Virus record (IMG/VR): IMGVR_UViG_3300045988_056849
Reading direction: 5' to 3' (one strand)
DNA from: a virus
DNA: 64,000 nt
Positions 49,163 to 59,160 of this stretch are shown in pieces (the stretch's first letter is position 1; every line of letters begins with the position of its first letter). The notes under the pieces were generated by a model that was not told the origin of the DNA, did no database searches, and worked only from the letters and a program-made list of their open reading frames with translations. The translations under genes were made by a program, and so were the position numbers.

Positions 49163-49606
49163 ATGAAAATTAAAGCAAAAAATCAGAATGTAGCTTCCAT
49201 GGAGCTTATCGTGCCTGTAGATGGCCGTATTTCCATCGATGCTAACGGAGTAGCGGAGGTATCAGCTAAGTGTGCAGCCGCTCTTGTAAAGGGCACTAAC
49301 GACTGGGATTATGCTAAAAAGGCTACAGCCGTTCAGGACGATGAGGAAGAAGATGACGACAACGAGGGTGGTGAACCTTCCGACCGTGAGCGATTTGAAG
49401 CTCATCTTGACACGTTGACTCTTGCTCAGATGAAGGAATACGCCAAAGAAGGCGAAATGCCCGAAGAGGAGTATGAGAAACTGAACTCAAAGAAACTCAT
49501 GAAAGCATACTTGCTGAAAAAGTACGATGAAGCCGAAGCAGCAGGTGAGCTTGATGAAGAGGACGATGAGGAAGAAGATGACGACAACGAGGGTGGTGAA
49601 CAATAA
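49163..49606 (+). CDS. acidic protein with a duplicated D/E-rich module
   Basis: ATG 49163 lies downstream of the terminator (ORF-track start 49121 lies on it). DDEEEDDDNEGGE occurs twice. Confidence 0.55.
   Translation: MKIKAKNQNVASMELIVPVDGRISIDANGVAEVSAKCAAALVKGTNDWDYAKKATAVQDDEEEDDDNEGGEPSDRERFEAHLDTLTLAQMKEYAKEGEMPEEEYEKLNSKKLMKAYLLKKYDEAEAAGELDEEDDEEEDDDNEGGEQ
49335..49601 (+). repeat. 42-nt perfect direct repeat (49335-49376 and 49560-49601)
   Basis: AGGACGATGAGGAAGAAGATGACGACAACGAGGGTGGTGAAC is identical at both positions. Confidence 0.9.
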
Positions 49607-49630
49607 ATAACCTTTTAACATTGTCCTGAT

Positions 49631-50428
49631 ATGCCAAGTTTAAGACTGAAAATACAATACAATAAGAATATGGAGATGATTATGTCTCCTACGGAGCTAA
49701 TGGAGAATTATCTGTTTGGTATTCCCATGTGCTCTAATGACGGCAGAAAAATGTCTATGTCGGCTATTGCGCAGCACATCATTTCAGCCCAGACTACGAT
49801 TGAGAGTTTGTTCAGTATTAAACTTACAAAACAAGTCATAGAGGAAAACCGTGATTTCATACGGCAAGAATTTATGTCTTGGGGGTATATCAGGACAATG
49901 TACCCTATTGATTACATAGACAATCTTGAAGGTTGGATAAATGATGTTTGTCAAATAACCTATCCGAAGGAATGGTTGTCTATCAAAAAGATTGAAGCAG
50001 TTGCTGTATATCGTAACATCTACCTTATTCCAAACACTGGTAGTAAGGAAGGAGCGACAATGACGCAAAATTCTTTAATCTACAACGGCATTTCTCCGCA
50101 TCTTGGATGGTTTGGACAAACTTTTATTCCCAACTATTGGAGAACGAGGTATGTTACAGGTTGGGACAAAATTCCTGCTGATTTATTTGACTTCATAGCA
50201 AAGATGGCAGCATTGAACGTTCTTGCTATTATTGGAGATATATTGTATGGTATTGGATTAACTTCTATACAGATAAGTTTGGACGGAGTGAGCCAAAATA
50301 CTCCGTTGGCGAGAAGTGCTCAGGGAGGACTTTTTGCAGGACGTATAAAGACGTATATTGATGAGATGAATAGAATGATGCCTGCTTTGAAGAGCAAGTA
50401 CAGAGGCATACCGTTTGAAGTATTATAA
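49631..50428 (+). CDS. virion structural protein (head-tail joining region, by position)
   Basis: 265-aa ORF between the capsid and sheath genes. Confidence 0.5.
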   Translation: MPSLRLKIQYNKNMEMIMSPTELMENYLFGIPMCSNDGRKMSMSAIAQHIISAQTTIESLFSIKLTKQVIEENRDFIRQEFMSWGYIRTMYPIDYIDNLEGWINDVCQITYPKEWLSIKKIEAVAVYRNIYLIPNTGSKEGATMTQNSLIYNGISPHLGWFGQTFIPNYWRTRYVTGWDKIPADLFDFIAKMAALNVLAIIGDILYGIGLTSIQISLDGVSQNTPLARSAQGGLFAGRIKTYIDEMNRMMPALKSKYRGIPFEVL

Positions 50429-50431
50429 ATT

Positions 50432-51283
50432 ATGGAAAGTAACGGTAAAAACAGAAAGAGTATTATAACAGACAAACCTACTGCGTTTCAAACTCCTCCA
50501 GCTGGTATCAATCCGAAGGTAGGGTGGAATGTTGATAGGTTTGAAACTTTAATACAAACTCAAGGCTATGACGCTTTCATAGACCGAGCTTTGCGCTGCC
50601 CATGCGTAGATAAAGCAACTGGACAAGCTCTTTCAACGTGTCAAAATTGTTTAGGTAGAGGTTGGTTTTTTATTGATAGAACTGAAACACGCTTGATTGC
50701 TCAACACATGGATAGCAAAAAGCATTATGAAAATTGGAGCGAAGTCAATAGAGGAACTGCTTCCATAACTACTAAGGGAACGGATAAACTTGGTTTTATG
50801 GACAGAGTGATTTTGATGCAGTTGGAAGAATTTTACTCAGAAATAATACGACCTATTTTTTATCAGGGAGAAATCATTGCCTATCCAGTTTATGAACCTT
50901 TGGAGATAACAAACATGTTTTTGTTTTCTTCGGATGACGAAAAACTTGTACCTGTAACACCTGACGAATATACGGTTGACAAAAATAAAATAGTTTTTAG
51001 TTTAGGTATTCAAGATAAGATAGCAATATCTGATATGAATATAAAGGCTAAATCAGAGATACCTATAAGTATATCCATAAGATATTCTCACTATCCTGTT
51101 TATCATGTTATAGACATCAATCGAGAGCTTATGAAAGTACGTGAGAGTAGGTTCTGTTCATTCGATGACGAGAAGCTCAGGCAAATGCCTATAAATGTGT
51201 TAGCAAGGAAAGCTCATTATATATTCGATGCTCAGAAGTTCGGAGAAGAGAGTTTTGAAAATACTGTAATGCCGAAAGGATAA
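50432..51283 (+). CDS. virion structural protein with a Zn-ribbon (by position)
   Basis: CPCVDKATGQALSTCQNC four-Cys cluster. Confidence 0.5.
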   Translation: MESNGKNRKSIITDKPTAFQTPPAGINPKVGWNVDRFETLIQTQGYDAFIDRALRCPCVDKATGQALSTCQNCLGRGWFFIDRTETRLIAQHMDSKKHYENWSEVNRGTASITTKGTDKLGFMDRVILMQLEEFYSEIIRPIFYQGEIIAYPVYEPLEITNMFLFSSDDEKLVPVTPDEYTVDKNKIVFSLGIQDKIAISDMNIKAKSEIPISISIRYSHYPVYHVIDINRELMKVRESRFCSFDDEKLRQMPINVLARKAHYIFDAQKFGEESFENTVMPKG

Positions 51284-51289
51284 CAATAT

Positions 51290-52093
51290 ATGAAACCAAT
51301 AGTAATAGACTTATCAGGACTTCAATCGCAATTTGGTTTAGCAGCCGATACGATTGATATGCTTACTGAAACTTGCGTAAATGCGGTTACAGCAGCAGTT
51401 TATGCTAATTGGGAAGCTCTTGCTAAACAAAAATTGAACTCAACCCTTCCAGAATATACCCAACATTTGATTAAGGTAGATAAAGGAAGATTTGCGAAAC
51501 AGATTGTATTGACTGGAACACTTCCTAATATGATTGAACAAGGAGCTTCTGCGTTCGACATGAAAGAAGGTTTCAAAAAGTCTCAAAAAGTAAAGTACAC
51601 AATACCTGTTTATAACAAGAAAGGAAAGCAAGTGTATAAGGGAGGAGATTGGTATTTGACCATTCCGTTCCGTATTGGCACACCAGGCTCTCTTGGTCAA
51701 GCAGGATTCACTGGGGAAATGCCTCAAGAAATATACGATATAATGAGGAAGCGAGCGGCAGGAAAAGGCTTGACGGCTTCTGAACTTCCTTCTCCGTATG
51801 ATGTACCTCAATCAAGAGCCGCAATTGAAGCAACTCCCAATAATCCAAGATATGATGAATATACCCATCGCAATTCTATTTACGAAGGTTTAACAAAACG
51901 AAAGGCTCAATACGGACAGACTTCTCAAAATACCTATGGAACATTCAGACGAGCTGGAGCGAACTCCGACCCATTATCTTGGATTCATAAGGGTATTAAA
52001 CCGTATCATTTAGCCGAAGAAGCAGTTGAGAAAACAGACGTTGAAACAATTGTTGAAAATGAAGTAACAACCTATTTAGAAACAATATTATGA
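51290..52093 (+). CDS. virion structural protein (by position)
   Basis: 267-aa ORF. Confidence 0.5.
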   Translation: MKPIVIDLSGLQSQFGLAADTIDMLTETCVNAVTAAVYANWEALAKQKLNSTLPEYTQHLIKVDKGRFAKQIVLTGTLPNMIEQGASAFDMKEGFKKSQKVKYTIPVYNKKGKQVYKGGDWYLTIPFRIGTPGSLGQAGFTGEMPQEIYDIMRKRAAGKGLTASELPSPYDVPQSRAAIEATPNNPRYDEYTHRNSIYEGLTKRKAQYGQTSQNTYGTFRRAGANSDPLSWIHKGIKPYHLAEEAVEKTDVETIVENEVTTYLETIL

Positions 52094-52809
52094 GCGGAAT
52101 ACTTTTACCAGAAATTGTTATCTATAACACTTTGGAAAGCATAGTGAAATTGTTGCGTGATGATTTACAAGAAAACGTAGCAGATGACAAAAAAACTATA
52201 TTATACAAGATACTGGGAGTGGATGAAGAAGGCAAGCCGATTAAGATGAATTTGTATAATTACTTTGTCCAAGCAAAGAAGATGATTTTGACACCTCAAA
52301 ACTTATCTGTTAATTTCGGATATAACCAAGAGGTTGCTAAAATCATATCAATGCACATTCTCCTTCCTTCAGAACAGGGTGAAGCAGCGATTGGAGAAGA
52401 TGAAGGATATTTGGAGGATGATATATTGGATGAAGAAGGAAAGAAAACAGCAACTCAACAATACTTTACTCAGACATATAATTGTACGTATCAAATCATG
52501 ATTACAAGCAATAACTCTTCTGAAGTGAACGTAGTATATAATGTAATGAAAAGTATGCTGCTTATGCTTGTTCCTCATTTGGAGCTGATGGGTATTCGCA
52601 TTCCTTCGTTATCGGGGAACGATATAATGATGCAAGACGACCTTACCCCAGTTCCTTTGTTTCATAAAGTTCTCAATTTAACGTTCAAGTATGAACATAA
52701 CGTTCCACAACTTGTAGTTCAGGAGGTAGCAAAGAAGTTCTATTTCCAAATGAGAATGATTGATTACAACGATGATACTTCATCAAGCTCAAGTATAGAT
52801 AAGGAGTAA
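52090..52809 (+). CDS. virion structural protein (by position)
   Basis: ATGA overlap. 239 aa. Confidence 0.5.
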   Translation: MSGILLPEIVIYNTLESIVKLLRDDLQENVADDKKTILYKILGVDEEGKPIKMNLYNYFVQAKKMILTPQNLSVNFGYNQEVAKIISMHILLPSEQGEAAIGEDEGYLEDDILDEEGKKTATQQYFTQTYNCTYQIMITSNNSSEVNVVYNVMKSMLLMLVPHLELMGIRIPSLSGNDIMMQDDLTPVPLFHKVLNLTFKYEHNVPQLVVQEVAKKFYFQMRMIDYNDDTSSSSSIDKE

Positions 52810-52841
52810 AATTTGAAATAAATTCATATAAACAAAAGATT

Positions 52842-54464
52842 ATGGCAACAGTAGTTAATTTTCATGGCAAGAACTACATTGAACCTGGTTCGTATGCTGC
52901 TACCGTTTATAATCCAACGTCAGTCGTAAACGTTGCCGAATTTGGTAATGTTATGATTATCGACACTGGGTTGGCGATGAATGGCTCATACGAATACGCA
53001 GGAGGTTCAGGAGTTCAGGGTGAACTGGCACAAGGCTTGAAGTCTGTGTACGAGTTTACAAACTATGAGGACTTCTTGGCTTTCATGGGAGGAGGTCTGG
53101 TTGGCGATATAGCTAACAAGATTTTCACGCCTTTGGACGGGTCAGCAGGTGCTCCTAAGTTGTATTATGTCCGTGCCGCCAAAACGACTTGCGCAACTCT
53201 TACAGCTACAATATCAGGCTCCAATGCTTTGGTACTGAAATGTAAGAACGAGGGCATTGTTGGTAACGGAGTAAAAGTTGATGATGTTTTGAAAGTAGGT
53301 TATGGAGCTCAGATTGTAGCTGGCGAAACTACTGATACTTTCAAACTTCAAGTTTTCCGTGGTTCCTTTATGGGAGTGGACGATGCGGGTGAAGCCTTCG
53401 GAGCGAAGAGCGAAGCTGATGCAGTTCCTAACCTTATTGCAGAATCAAGTGACCTTACTACTCTTCAGGAGTTGTACGATTGGGCGAGGTCAAACAAGCA
53501 GATGCTTGCTAACTTCGTTGTAAGTATGACTGGTGATGGAGAAACCGAGCTTGCTGCTGTAGCTTTGACTTTGGCTACTGGAGGTACAACCGAGTATATG
53601 GGCGGTACGGAGTACGCAGATGTGTTAGAAGCAATCGCAGAGTTGGATGTTACGTTCTTCCTGTGCACTAACTTGAATGCTGCTAACGGCAAAGGAGTTG
53701 ATGCTGCAACGAACGGTAAATTGTTTACATTCCTGAAACAGACTGCTAAGTTCACTGAATTTATGGTAGTGCCAGGCGGTGAGGACGATACCGACTTGTT
53801 TGGAGACACTAACAGCTCCGAGTCAATTGCTAAGTATTTCAATTCAGGTCAGGTTGTTTGCGTACACGGTGCTCCTATCGTAACGAGAAAAGACCAGAAC
53901 GGTACAAAACAGCTTCACACTATCTACCTTGCTGCGGCAATCGTAGGTTTGAACGCAGGAATGGCTGCTCAAACTCCGCTTACTTTCAAGCGTGTCGGTT
54001 ATCAGTCTTTTGCTTACGACTTGAAGAAACGAGAAAGAGAGAGAGCATTACAAGCTGGTATCATGCACGTTCGCAACGTATCGGGTTATTGGTGCGTCAA
54101 CCAAGGCATTACGACCTTGCTGGATAATAAGAAAACAATTGCCGATGACGGTCAGTCGTTTGAGTTATCCGTAGAGCTTATCAAGGCTCAGTTGAACAAA
54201 GAGCTTATTTTGGAAGGACAAACGAGGTTTACAGGACAAACGGCAGCACAGGCTTCTCCGCAGTCTGTTAAGAACTTCACCGAAACAAAACTTGCTTCTT
54301 TGGTAGCATATCCTGGCAATGATAACTTGCTTATCAGTTGGAAGAATGTAAAGGTTGTTGCTAAGAACAGCGACTACTTTATCACTTACGACTTCGTGCC
54401 GAACGTACCTGTGAACAAGACGTTCTTCATTGGGAACATCTTGGATTTTTCAGTAGAAGTGTAA
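52842..54464 (+). CDS. tail sheath protein
   Basis: 540 aa with N-terminus ...IEPGSYAATVYNPTS...FGNVMIIDTG. Canonical order of sheath, tube, chaperones and tape measure. Confidence 0.7.
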   Translation: MATVVNFHGKNYIEPGSYAATVYNPTSVVNVAEFGNVMIIDTGLAMNGSYEYAGGSGVQGELAQGLKSVYEFTNYEDFLAFMGGGLVGDIANKIFTPLDGSAGAPKLYYVRAAKTTCATLTATISGSNALVLKCKNEGIVGNGVKVDDVLKVGYGAQIVAGETTDTFKLQVFRGSFMGVDDAGEAFGAKSEADAVPNLIAESSDLTTLQELYDWARSNKQMLANFVVSMTGDGETELAAVALTLATGGTTEYMGGTEYADVLEAIAELDVTFFLCTNLNAANGKGVDAATNGKLFTFLKQTAKFTEFMVVPGGEDDTDLFGDTNSSESIAKYFNSGQVVCVHGAPIVTRKDQNGTKQLHTIYLAAAIVGLNAGMAAQTPLTFKRVGYQSFAYDLKKRERERALQAGIMHVRNVSGYWCVNQGITTLLDNKKTIADDGQSFELSVELIKAQLNKELILEGQTRFTGQTAAQASPQSVKNFTETKLASLVAYPGNDNLLISWKNVKVVAKNSDYFITYDFVPNVPVNKTFFIGNILDFSVEV

Positions 54465-54484
54465 CAAATAAAAGATAACATACT

Positions 54485-54985
54485 ATGGCAAAGAATGAAA
54501 AAGTGATGACTGCCCCTTTGGCTATCATCCAGATAAATTCAGTTACCGTGGGTAAAATGAAGAACGTTCGCATCACTGAGAATATCCGAAGAGGACGTGT
54601 GACGGGCGTAGGACGTTTGAACCCAGAGGAGCTGCCTGCCTTGGAATGGAGTGGTTCTTTGTTTTGTTCTTCTTATACTATCAACTTCAACCTTTTGGCT
54701 AACAAAATGAAGAAGGGAGCGTTCAGAAACGCTGGTACAGTAGAAGAATGGGCAAACGCTATTCTGCTTCAGGAAGATGGGCTTGAAATTGCTATCCTTC
54801 GTAAAGTGAAGGACGGAGCTATTGACAACGAAACTGGTTTGGTTTCTACTAAATATGAGACTTTTGCGAAAACAGTTGGAGCGTTCATGACACGTGAAGG
54901 CTTCGATATTCAAGAAGGTCAGATTTCAGGACGTGATACTGAATTCGAGTATTTGGAACCAATTCTGTACAACGGGATTGTTTAA
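54485..54985 (+). CDS. tail tube protein
   Basis: 166 aa, directly after the sheath gene. Confidence 0.6.
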   Translation: MAKNEKVMTAPLAIIQINSVTVGKMKNVRITENIRRGRVTGVGRLNPEELPALEWSGSLFCSSYTINFNLLANKMKKGAFRNAGTVEEWANAILLQEDGLEIAILRKVKDGAIDNETGLVSTKYETFAKTVGAFMTREGFDIQEGQISGRDTEFEYLEPILYNGIV

Positions 54986-54995
54986 GCCAAAATAA

Positions 54996-55005
54996 ACAGT
55001 TATAG
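54996..55005 (+). promoter_or_regulatory. ACAGTTATAG motif copy 7
   Basis: Exact 10-mer immediately 5' of hairpin 55007-55036. Confidence 0.5.
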
Positions 55006-55006
55006 G

Positions 55007-55039
55007 AAGGTAGTATGTGAATAACGTACTACCTTTTTT
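55007..55039 (+). terminator. rho-independent terminator
   Basis: AAGGTAGTATG-N7-CGTACTACCTT 11-bp stem (one G:U pair) followed by TTTT. Confidence 0.75.
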
Positions 55040-55066
55040 ATTGTAAATAAACTAAATTGTAAAGTC

Positions 55067-55465
55067 ATGATTGAAAGACAGAAAAAATTCAGTATCGGAG
55101 AAAAGACGTTCACGGCTCAGTTCCCCAACGTTGGGCAGCTAATTGACTTGGAAAGTTTGAAACAGGCTCTAACCAATAACCGATATGGGGTTATGGCAGC
55201 GAGTGGCGTAGCAAGCATGTATTATGCTCTTGATATGGTAGATGCTATTTCCTTCCTTCAGGTATGCGTTCCGAGCGTAGCGAAGTATTATGATATAAAA
55301 AATTACACTGCCCTTGCTCCTGAAGATATCAAGGAATTGGTAGAAGCGTATCAGAAGGAATTGAAACCTTGGTTCGACAAGGTTATGGCAGAACTCAAAG
55401 GCATAAAACTGAACGATGGCGGAGACAAAACTGAAGAGGGAGCTGAAGCTGGAGAAGAGGGTTGA
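55067..55465 (+). CDS. tail assembly chaperone (gpG-like, by position)
   Basis: 132 aa between the tube and tape measure genes, with an acidic tail. Confidence 0.5.
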   Translation: MIERQKKFSIGEKTFTAQFPNVGQLIDLESLKQALTNNRYGVMAASGVASMYYALDMVDAISFLQVCVPSVAKYYDIKNYTALAPEDIKELVEAYQKELKPWFDKVMAELKGIKLNDGGDKTEEGAEAGEEG

Positions 55466-55763
55466 TAACTTCCTTTCTTCTTGGCATCAATTCCCGATTG
55501 ATTATTGGTGGCGCAAAAGATACCATGTACCATTCGGTTCACCTCAGCATAGGGAGATGAACTTCATTGATATGTATATAGAGTTCCAAGAGGAAGTTGC
55601 TATCAATAGAGCCATCAATCATACCGACTATGATGAGGATGAAGCTGAAAACGAAGCATTGGGATTAGTAGATACCAATAAGAAAGTTGTTAAAGTAACA
55701 GAGAAAGAAATTGATGAAGACTTTGAGAAATTAGATTTGAGTCAATTTGATAAACAAGAATAA
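55416..55763 (+). CDS. second tail chaperone-region ORF (gpT-like, by position)
   Basis: Overlaps the previous ORF by 50 nt in the +1 frame and has its own ATG. Confidence 0.45.
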   Translation: MAETKLKRELKLEKRVDNFLSSWHQFPIDYWWRKRYHVPFGSPQHREMNFIDMYIEFQEEVAINRAINHTDYDEDEAENEALGLVDTNKKVVKVTEKEIDEDFEKLDLSQFDKQE

Positions 55764-55765
55764 TT

Positions 55766-57799
55766 ATGGCAGATGTAACGGTAAACATACGTGGCGATGC
55801 TTCCCAGCTCCGAGATGAGTTGGATAATGTAAGCAGAAACCCAAGTTCAGACACCTCTGCTCCTACACCTTCGGGCGGTAGGGGTGTAGGTTCAGCTGTT
55901 CCTTCTAACGACCGAATGATTGAGGACGTTCGGAGGGAAATGCAGCAGCGTGGAGTTCTCTTGGTGCCTGGTTCTTCTTCGATGACTCAGATTATCAATC
56001 AGTACGGTCAAGCAACGAGAGGAGCTGTCAATGACCGTATTTCGGAAAGGTACGACGCAAGGAGAGACGACATGCGCAAGCGTATGAGTTCCGACTACGA
56101 TGCTATTGAAGCCGATATTGATAAGAGGAGACAGGAAGGACTTCAAAGACTTGGCCCAAATGCTAATGACCCATTCTATACAGCTATGCTTGACCAGCAA
56201 TTGGAGCAGGAAAGGCAAAGACAGTACCGAATGGTGGGAAGTCAGTATGACAAGGAAGAGGAACAAATCAATCAGGAAGAAGCGAACGAAAGAACGCAAG
56301 CCGAAACCGAGTTGACTGCCGCTATCCGAGAATTGACCGAGTATTTCAACCGACAAGCAAATCAAGGAGGAGATGCGCCTGATTCATATATCGGGAGACT
56401 TCGTGCTCAACAGAGAGAGTTGATGCAACAACGTGACTCAGCAGATAGTGAGGAAGGAGCTATGGCAGCTTCAAGAAGTCTTGCTGACGTGAACGAACAA
56501 CTCCGAAGAGTATTGGGAGGAGGAGCTGCTCAACAAGGCAGACCTTATTATGATTCAGCGTTGCAAGGAGCTCAAGGAATACAAAGACTTTTCAGCGGAC
56601 TTCAAAGTGGCGATATTGGAAGCACTATAATGGGTGGAGGTTCAGCCATAGCAGGAATATCGGGTATGGGTCTGAAAGCAGCACTACGCTTCTTGGGATG
56701 GGTAGGAGTTGCCGCAGGTGCAGCGAAGTCTCTGACTGGAACTTCGGACTCATATGAATCAATGCAAGGTCTGGCTTCTTTGAGAGCTACTACTGGTTAT
56801 CAAGGTGGTGACGCTTCAAACTATTTAGGAGCTATGCTGCCTGACGCTAACTTCAGAGGTATCAATTACACCAACTTTGGTTACGATACGGAGGAGTTTG
56901 CTGGTAATGCTGCGAGAAGAACGAGGGCACGTGGTACTTCGGACGATTGGTATGCGGAAACCATGCGTCAAATTGGACTGGAAAGAAACCTTGCACTTTC
57001 AGAAGGCTCTTTGGAAAAAGGAGGTCAATATGACCGATATGGATTGAATGTAACAGAAGCAATCTCACGCTTGGTTACTATCTTGAATGGTATCGAAGGT
57101 TCAGGAGTATCTATGGGAGACTTCACGAGAGTTCAAGAGAAGTACGATATTCAGCAACAGATAATGGGCTCATATATGAATAGAGCCGACCGACCGAGCT
57201 ATGATGTAGCAAATGCTAATTTAGCAGCCTTCTCAGCAGTTCAAGGTATAACGCAAGATTCAAGAATTGGAACTGATTATCAATCTTTCCAAAACATGAT
57301 TCAACAGCCGATGAACGAGCGAATGAGAGCGTTGATATATAGTTCGGTTGCTGACTTATTCCCAGAGACTGGCGGACGCATGGACTTGATTGACCGTGAA
57401 CTTCGCAATCCTGAAAATGAAGGTAAAATCATGCAATCCGTTATACAGCGTATCACACAACAGTTCGGAGGTACGGACACTCAGATGGGTTACTTTGCTT
57501 TCAAGTCCTTGTTGCCTGATATAGCTCCTGACCGTTTAGACCAATATATCAGTCAGTTCTCCGATACTGGTACAATGCCAGGAAGTATATTGAAGAAGGG
57601 AATTGGTAATCAAGGAGATTTTGACCGAGCTGGGCGACAAAATATGGATTCATGGGCGGTACAATCTACTGAATTCACTACGGCTTGGACGAAGGGAAAG
57701 AACGAAGTTGTTTCAGTTCTCAATCAAATTCTTGGTAAGATTACAGGTACAACAACTATGCCTACTCCAAACACAACTAAGAAGGGAGGAAACAAATAA
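55766..57799 (+). CDS. tail tape measure protein
   Basis: 677 aa. Coiled-coil Q/R/E-rich N-terminal half and a Gly-rich hydrophobic segment GGGSAIAGISGMGLKAALRFLGWVGVAAGAAKSL. Confidence 0.7.
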   Translation: MADVTVNIRGDASQLRDELDNVSRNPSSDTSAPTPSGGRGVGSAVPSNDRMIEDVRREMQQRGVLLVPGSSSMTQIINQYGQATRGAVNDRISERYDARRDDMRKRMSSDYDAIEADIDKRRQEGLQRLGPNANDPFYTAMLDQQLEQERQRQYRMVGSQYDKEEEQINQEEANERTQAETELTAAIRELTEYFNRQANQGGDAPDSYIGRLRAQQRELMQQRDSADSEEGAMAASRSLADVNEQLRRVLGGGAAQQGRPYYDSALQGAQGIQRLFSGLQSGDIGSTIMGGGSAIAGISGMGLKAALRFLGWVGVAAGAAKSLTGTSDSYESMQGLASLRATTGYQGGDASNYLGAMLPDANFRGINYTNFGYDTEEFAGNAARRTRARGTSDDWYAETMRQIGLERNLALSEGSLEKGGQYDRYGLNVTEAISRLVTILNGIEGSGVSMGDFTRVQEKYDIQQQIMGSYMNRADRPSYDVANANLAAFSAVQGITQDSRIGTDYQSFQNMIQQPMNERMRALIYSSVADLFPETGGRMDLIDRELRNPENEGKIMQSVIQRITQQFGGTDTQMGYFAFKSLLPDIAPDRLDQYISQFSDTGTMPGSILKKGIGNQGDFDRAGRQNMDSWAVQSTEFTTAWTKGKNEVVSVLNQILGKITGTTTMPTPNTTKKGGNK

Positions 57800-59160
57800 T
57801 GGCAGAGACTACTCATAATAACAACGATTATATCTTGCTTTATAATAGAGGCAAGAGAATGACCATATCAGACTATATGGAAAGGAATTACATTTATGGT
57901 GTAAGTCCTCAAGAGTTGTTTGACCTCAATAAAGACTTGATATGGCAACAATACACCGAGCTTGATAAGGAAATAGAGAAGGCTGGAAGCGGTAAGTGGC
58001 CAGAGAGTGCTGACGACCTGTCTTTGCAGTCTTGGCTGCCCGCTCCGTGCGTTCTCCGAATAAATCCCAGTAAGGTTACGGCTGAGTTGGCAATAGCTCA
58101 AACAAATGCCCAAGTTAATACGGAGGACTTTTATGCGTTCGCTGCTGATAAGATTCAAGATATATACCAAGATGAAGGTTATCGTGTAGCGGATAGCTCC
58201 AAACGAAGTCCTGATTGTTCAGTTCTTGGTTGGTTCAAAAGTCTCTATTATGTAGGACTTGATGCACAAGGAAAGAAAACTATCAAGATGGAGCGTCAAG
58301 ACTTTACAGAATTTGCTAATCTGAGCCGACATATAATTTCACTTGCTACTTCGGTAACGTCTAACGGAGGAAGTTTCACAATGAGACTTCCAATCATTAG
58401 TGCCCGAAGCGAAGGAGTTTCAGTCATATACGAGATACTGAAAGGTGAGAACGGAGAAAAGACCTATGGCGATATGTCGGGGCAAAAGGGCAATGCTTCT
58501 AAGAATGACGCTACATATGAATATGGAGAAAAAGGAGAGTATTATGCTAAATCAAGTTTTGATGATATTGAAGCTAACTATTTCAATTGGCTGATAAGTT
58601 CCAACGACATTCTGTTTATTTCTTTCGAGAAACTTGATATGGAGTTAGTGAAGGATACAGCTGATTGGTATAGCGGAGATGCGGACAATTTCAAGATAAG
58701 TACGAAACTTGCCGAAGGAGTGTATGATATGATTGGTTTGGTAGATGAAGTAAAGGTTGTTACCAATTCTCAATCTTCGGAGGCATACGTTGAAATCACT
58801 GGACGAGACTTGATGAAACTCTTGATTGAGGACGGTTCATTTTTCTTTAATCCTTCCACCACTTCAGACCCAAGCGGAGTATTTGCGAACGAACAGAGCT
58901 ATGGAAAGCAAGGCGATATTCGTGAAGCCGATGTTATGAATAATACCTATAACAATCCAATCAACCGACTTCGGAGGGTAACTGGAGAGATTGATATTTT
59001 TGCTAATCGTATTAACATGGACATAAGCTATATTCTGAAAGGCGTTATTTCTCAGCTTGCTAACGTAGAAGTAGTGCCAGGATATGTCTTTGAAACTTGG
59101 GGCGAAGATAGAACGAAGTACATAGAGCTTGAACCAGAAAAGAAGGAAAACAATGGCTAA
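57799..59160 (+). CDS. tail/baseplate protein (by position)
   Basis: TAATG overlap with the tape measure gene. 453 aa. Confidence 0.5.
   Translation: MAETTHNNNDYILLYNRGKRMTISDYMERNYIYGVSPQELFDLNKDLIWQQYTELDKEIEKAGSGKWPESADDLSLQSWLPAPCVLRINPSKVTAELAIAQTNAQVNTEDFYAFAADKIQDIYQDEGYRVADSSKRSPDCSVLGWFKSLYYVGLDAQGKKTIKMERQDFTEFANLSRHIISLATSVTSNGGSFTMRLPIISARSEGVSVIYEILKGENGEKTYGDMSGQKGNASKNDATYEYGEKGEYYAKSSFDDIEANYFNWLISSNDILFISFEKLDMELVKDTADWYSGDADNFKISTKLAEGVYDMIGLVDEVKVVTNSQSSEAYVEITGRDLMKLLIEDGSFFFNPSTTSDPSGVFANEQSYGKQGDIREADVMNNTYNNPINRLRRVTGEIDIFANRINMDISYILKGVISQLANVEVVPGYVFETWGEDRTKYIELEPEKKENNG

Noticed and set aside
55067-55763. Canonical -1 programmed frameshift in the tail chaperone genes
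   Set aside because: The downstream ORF is in the +1 frame and no slippery heptamer is present. It is reported only as an open question.
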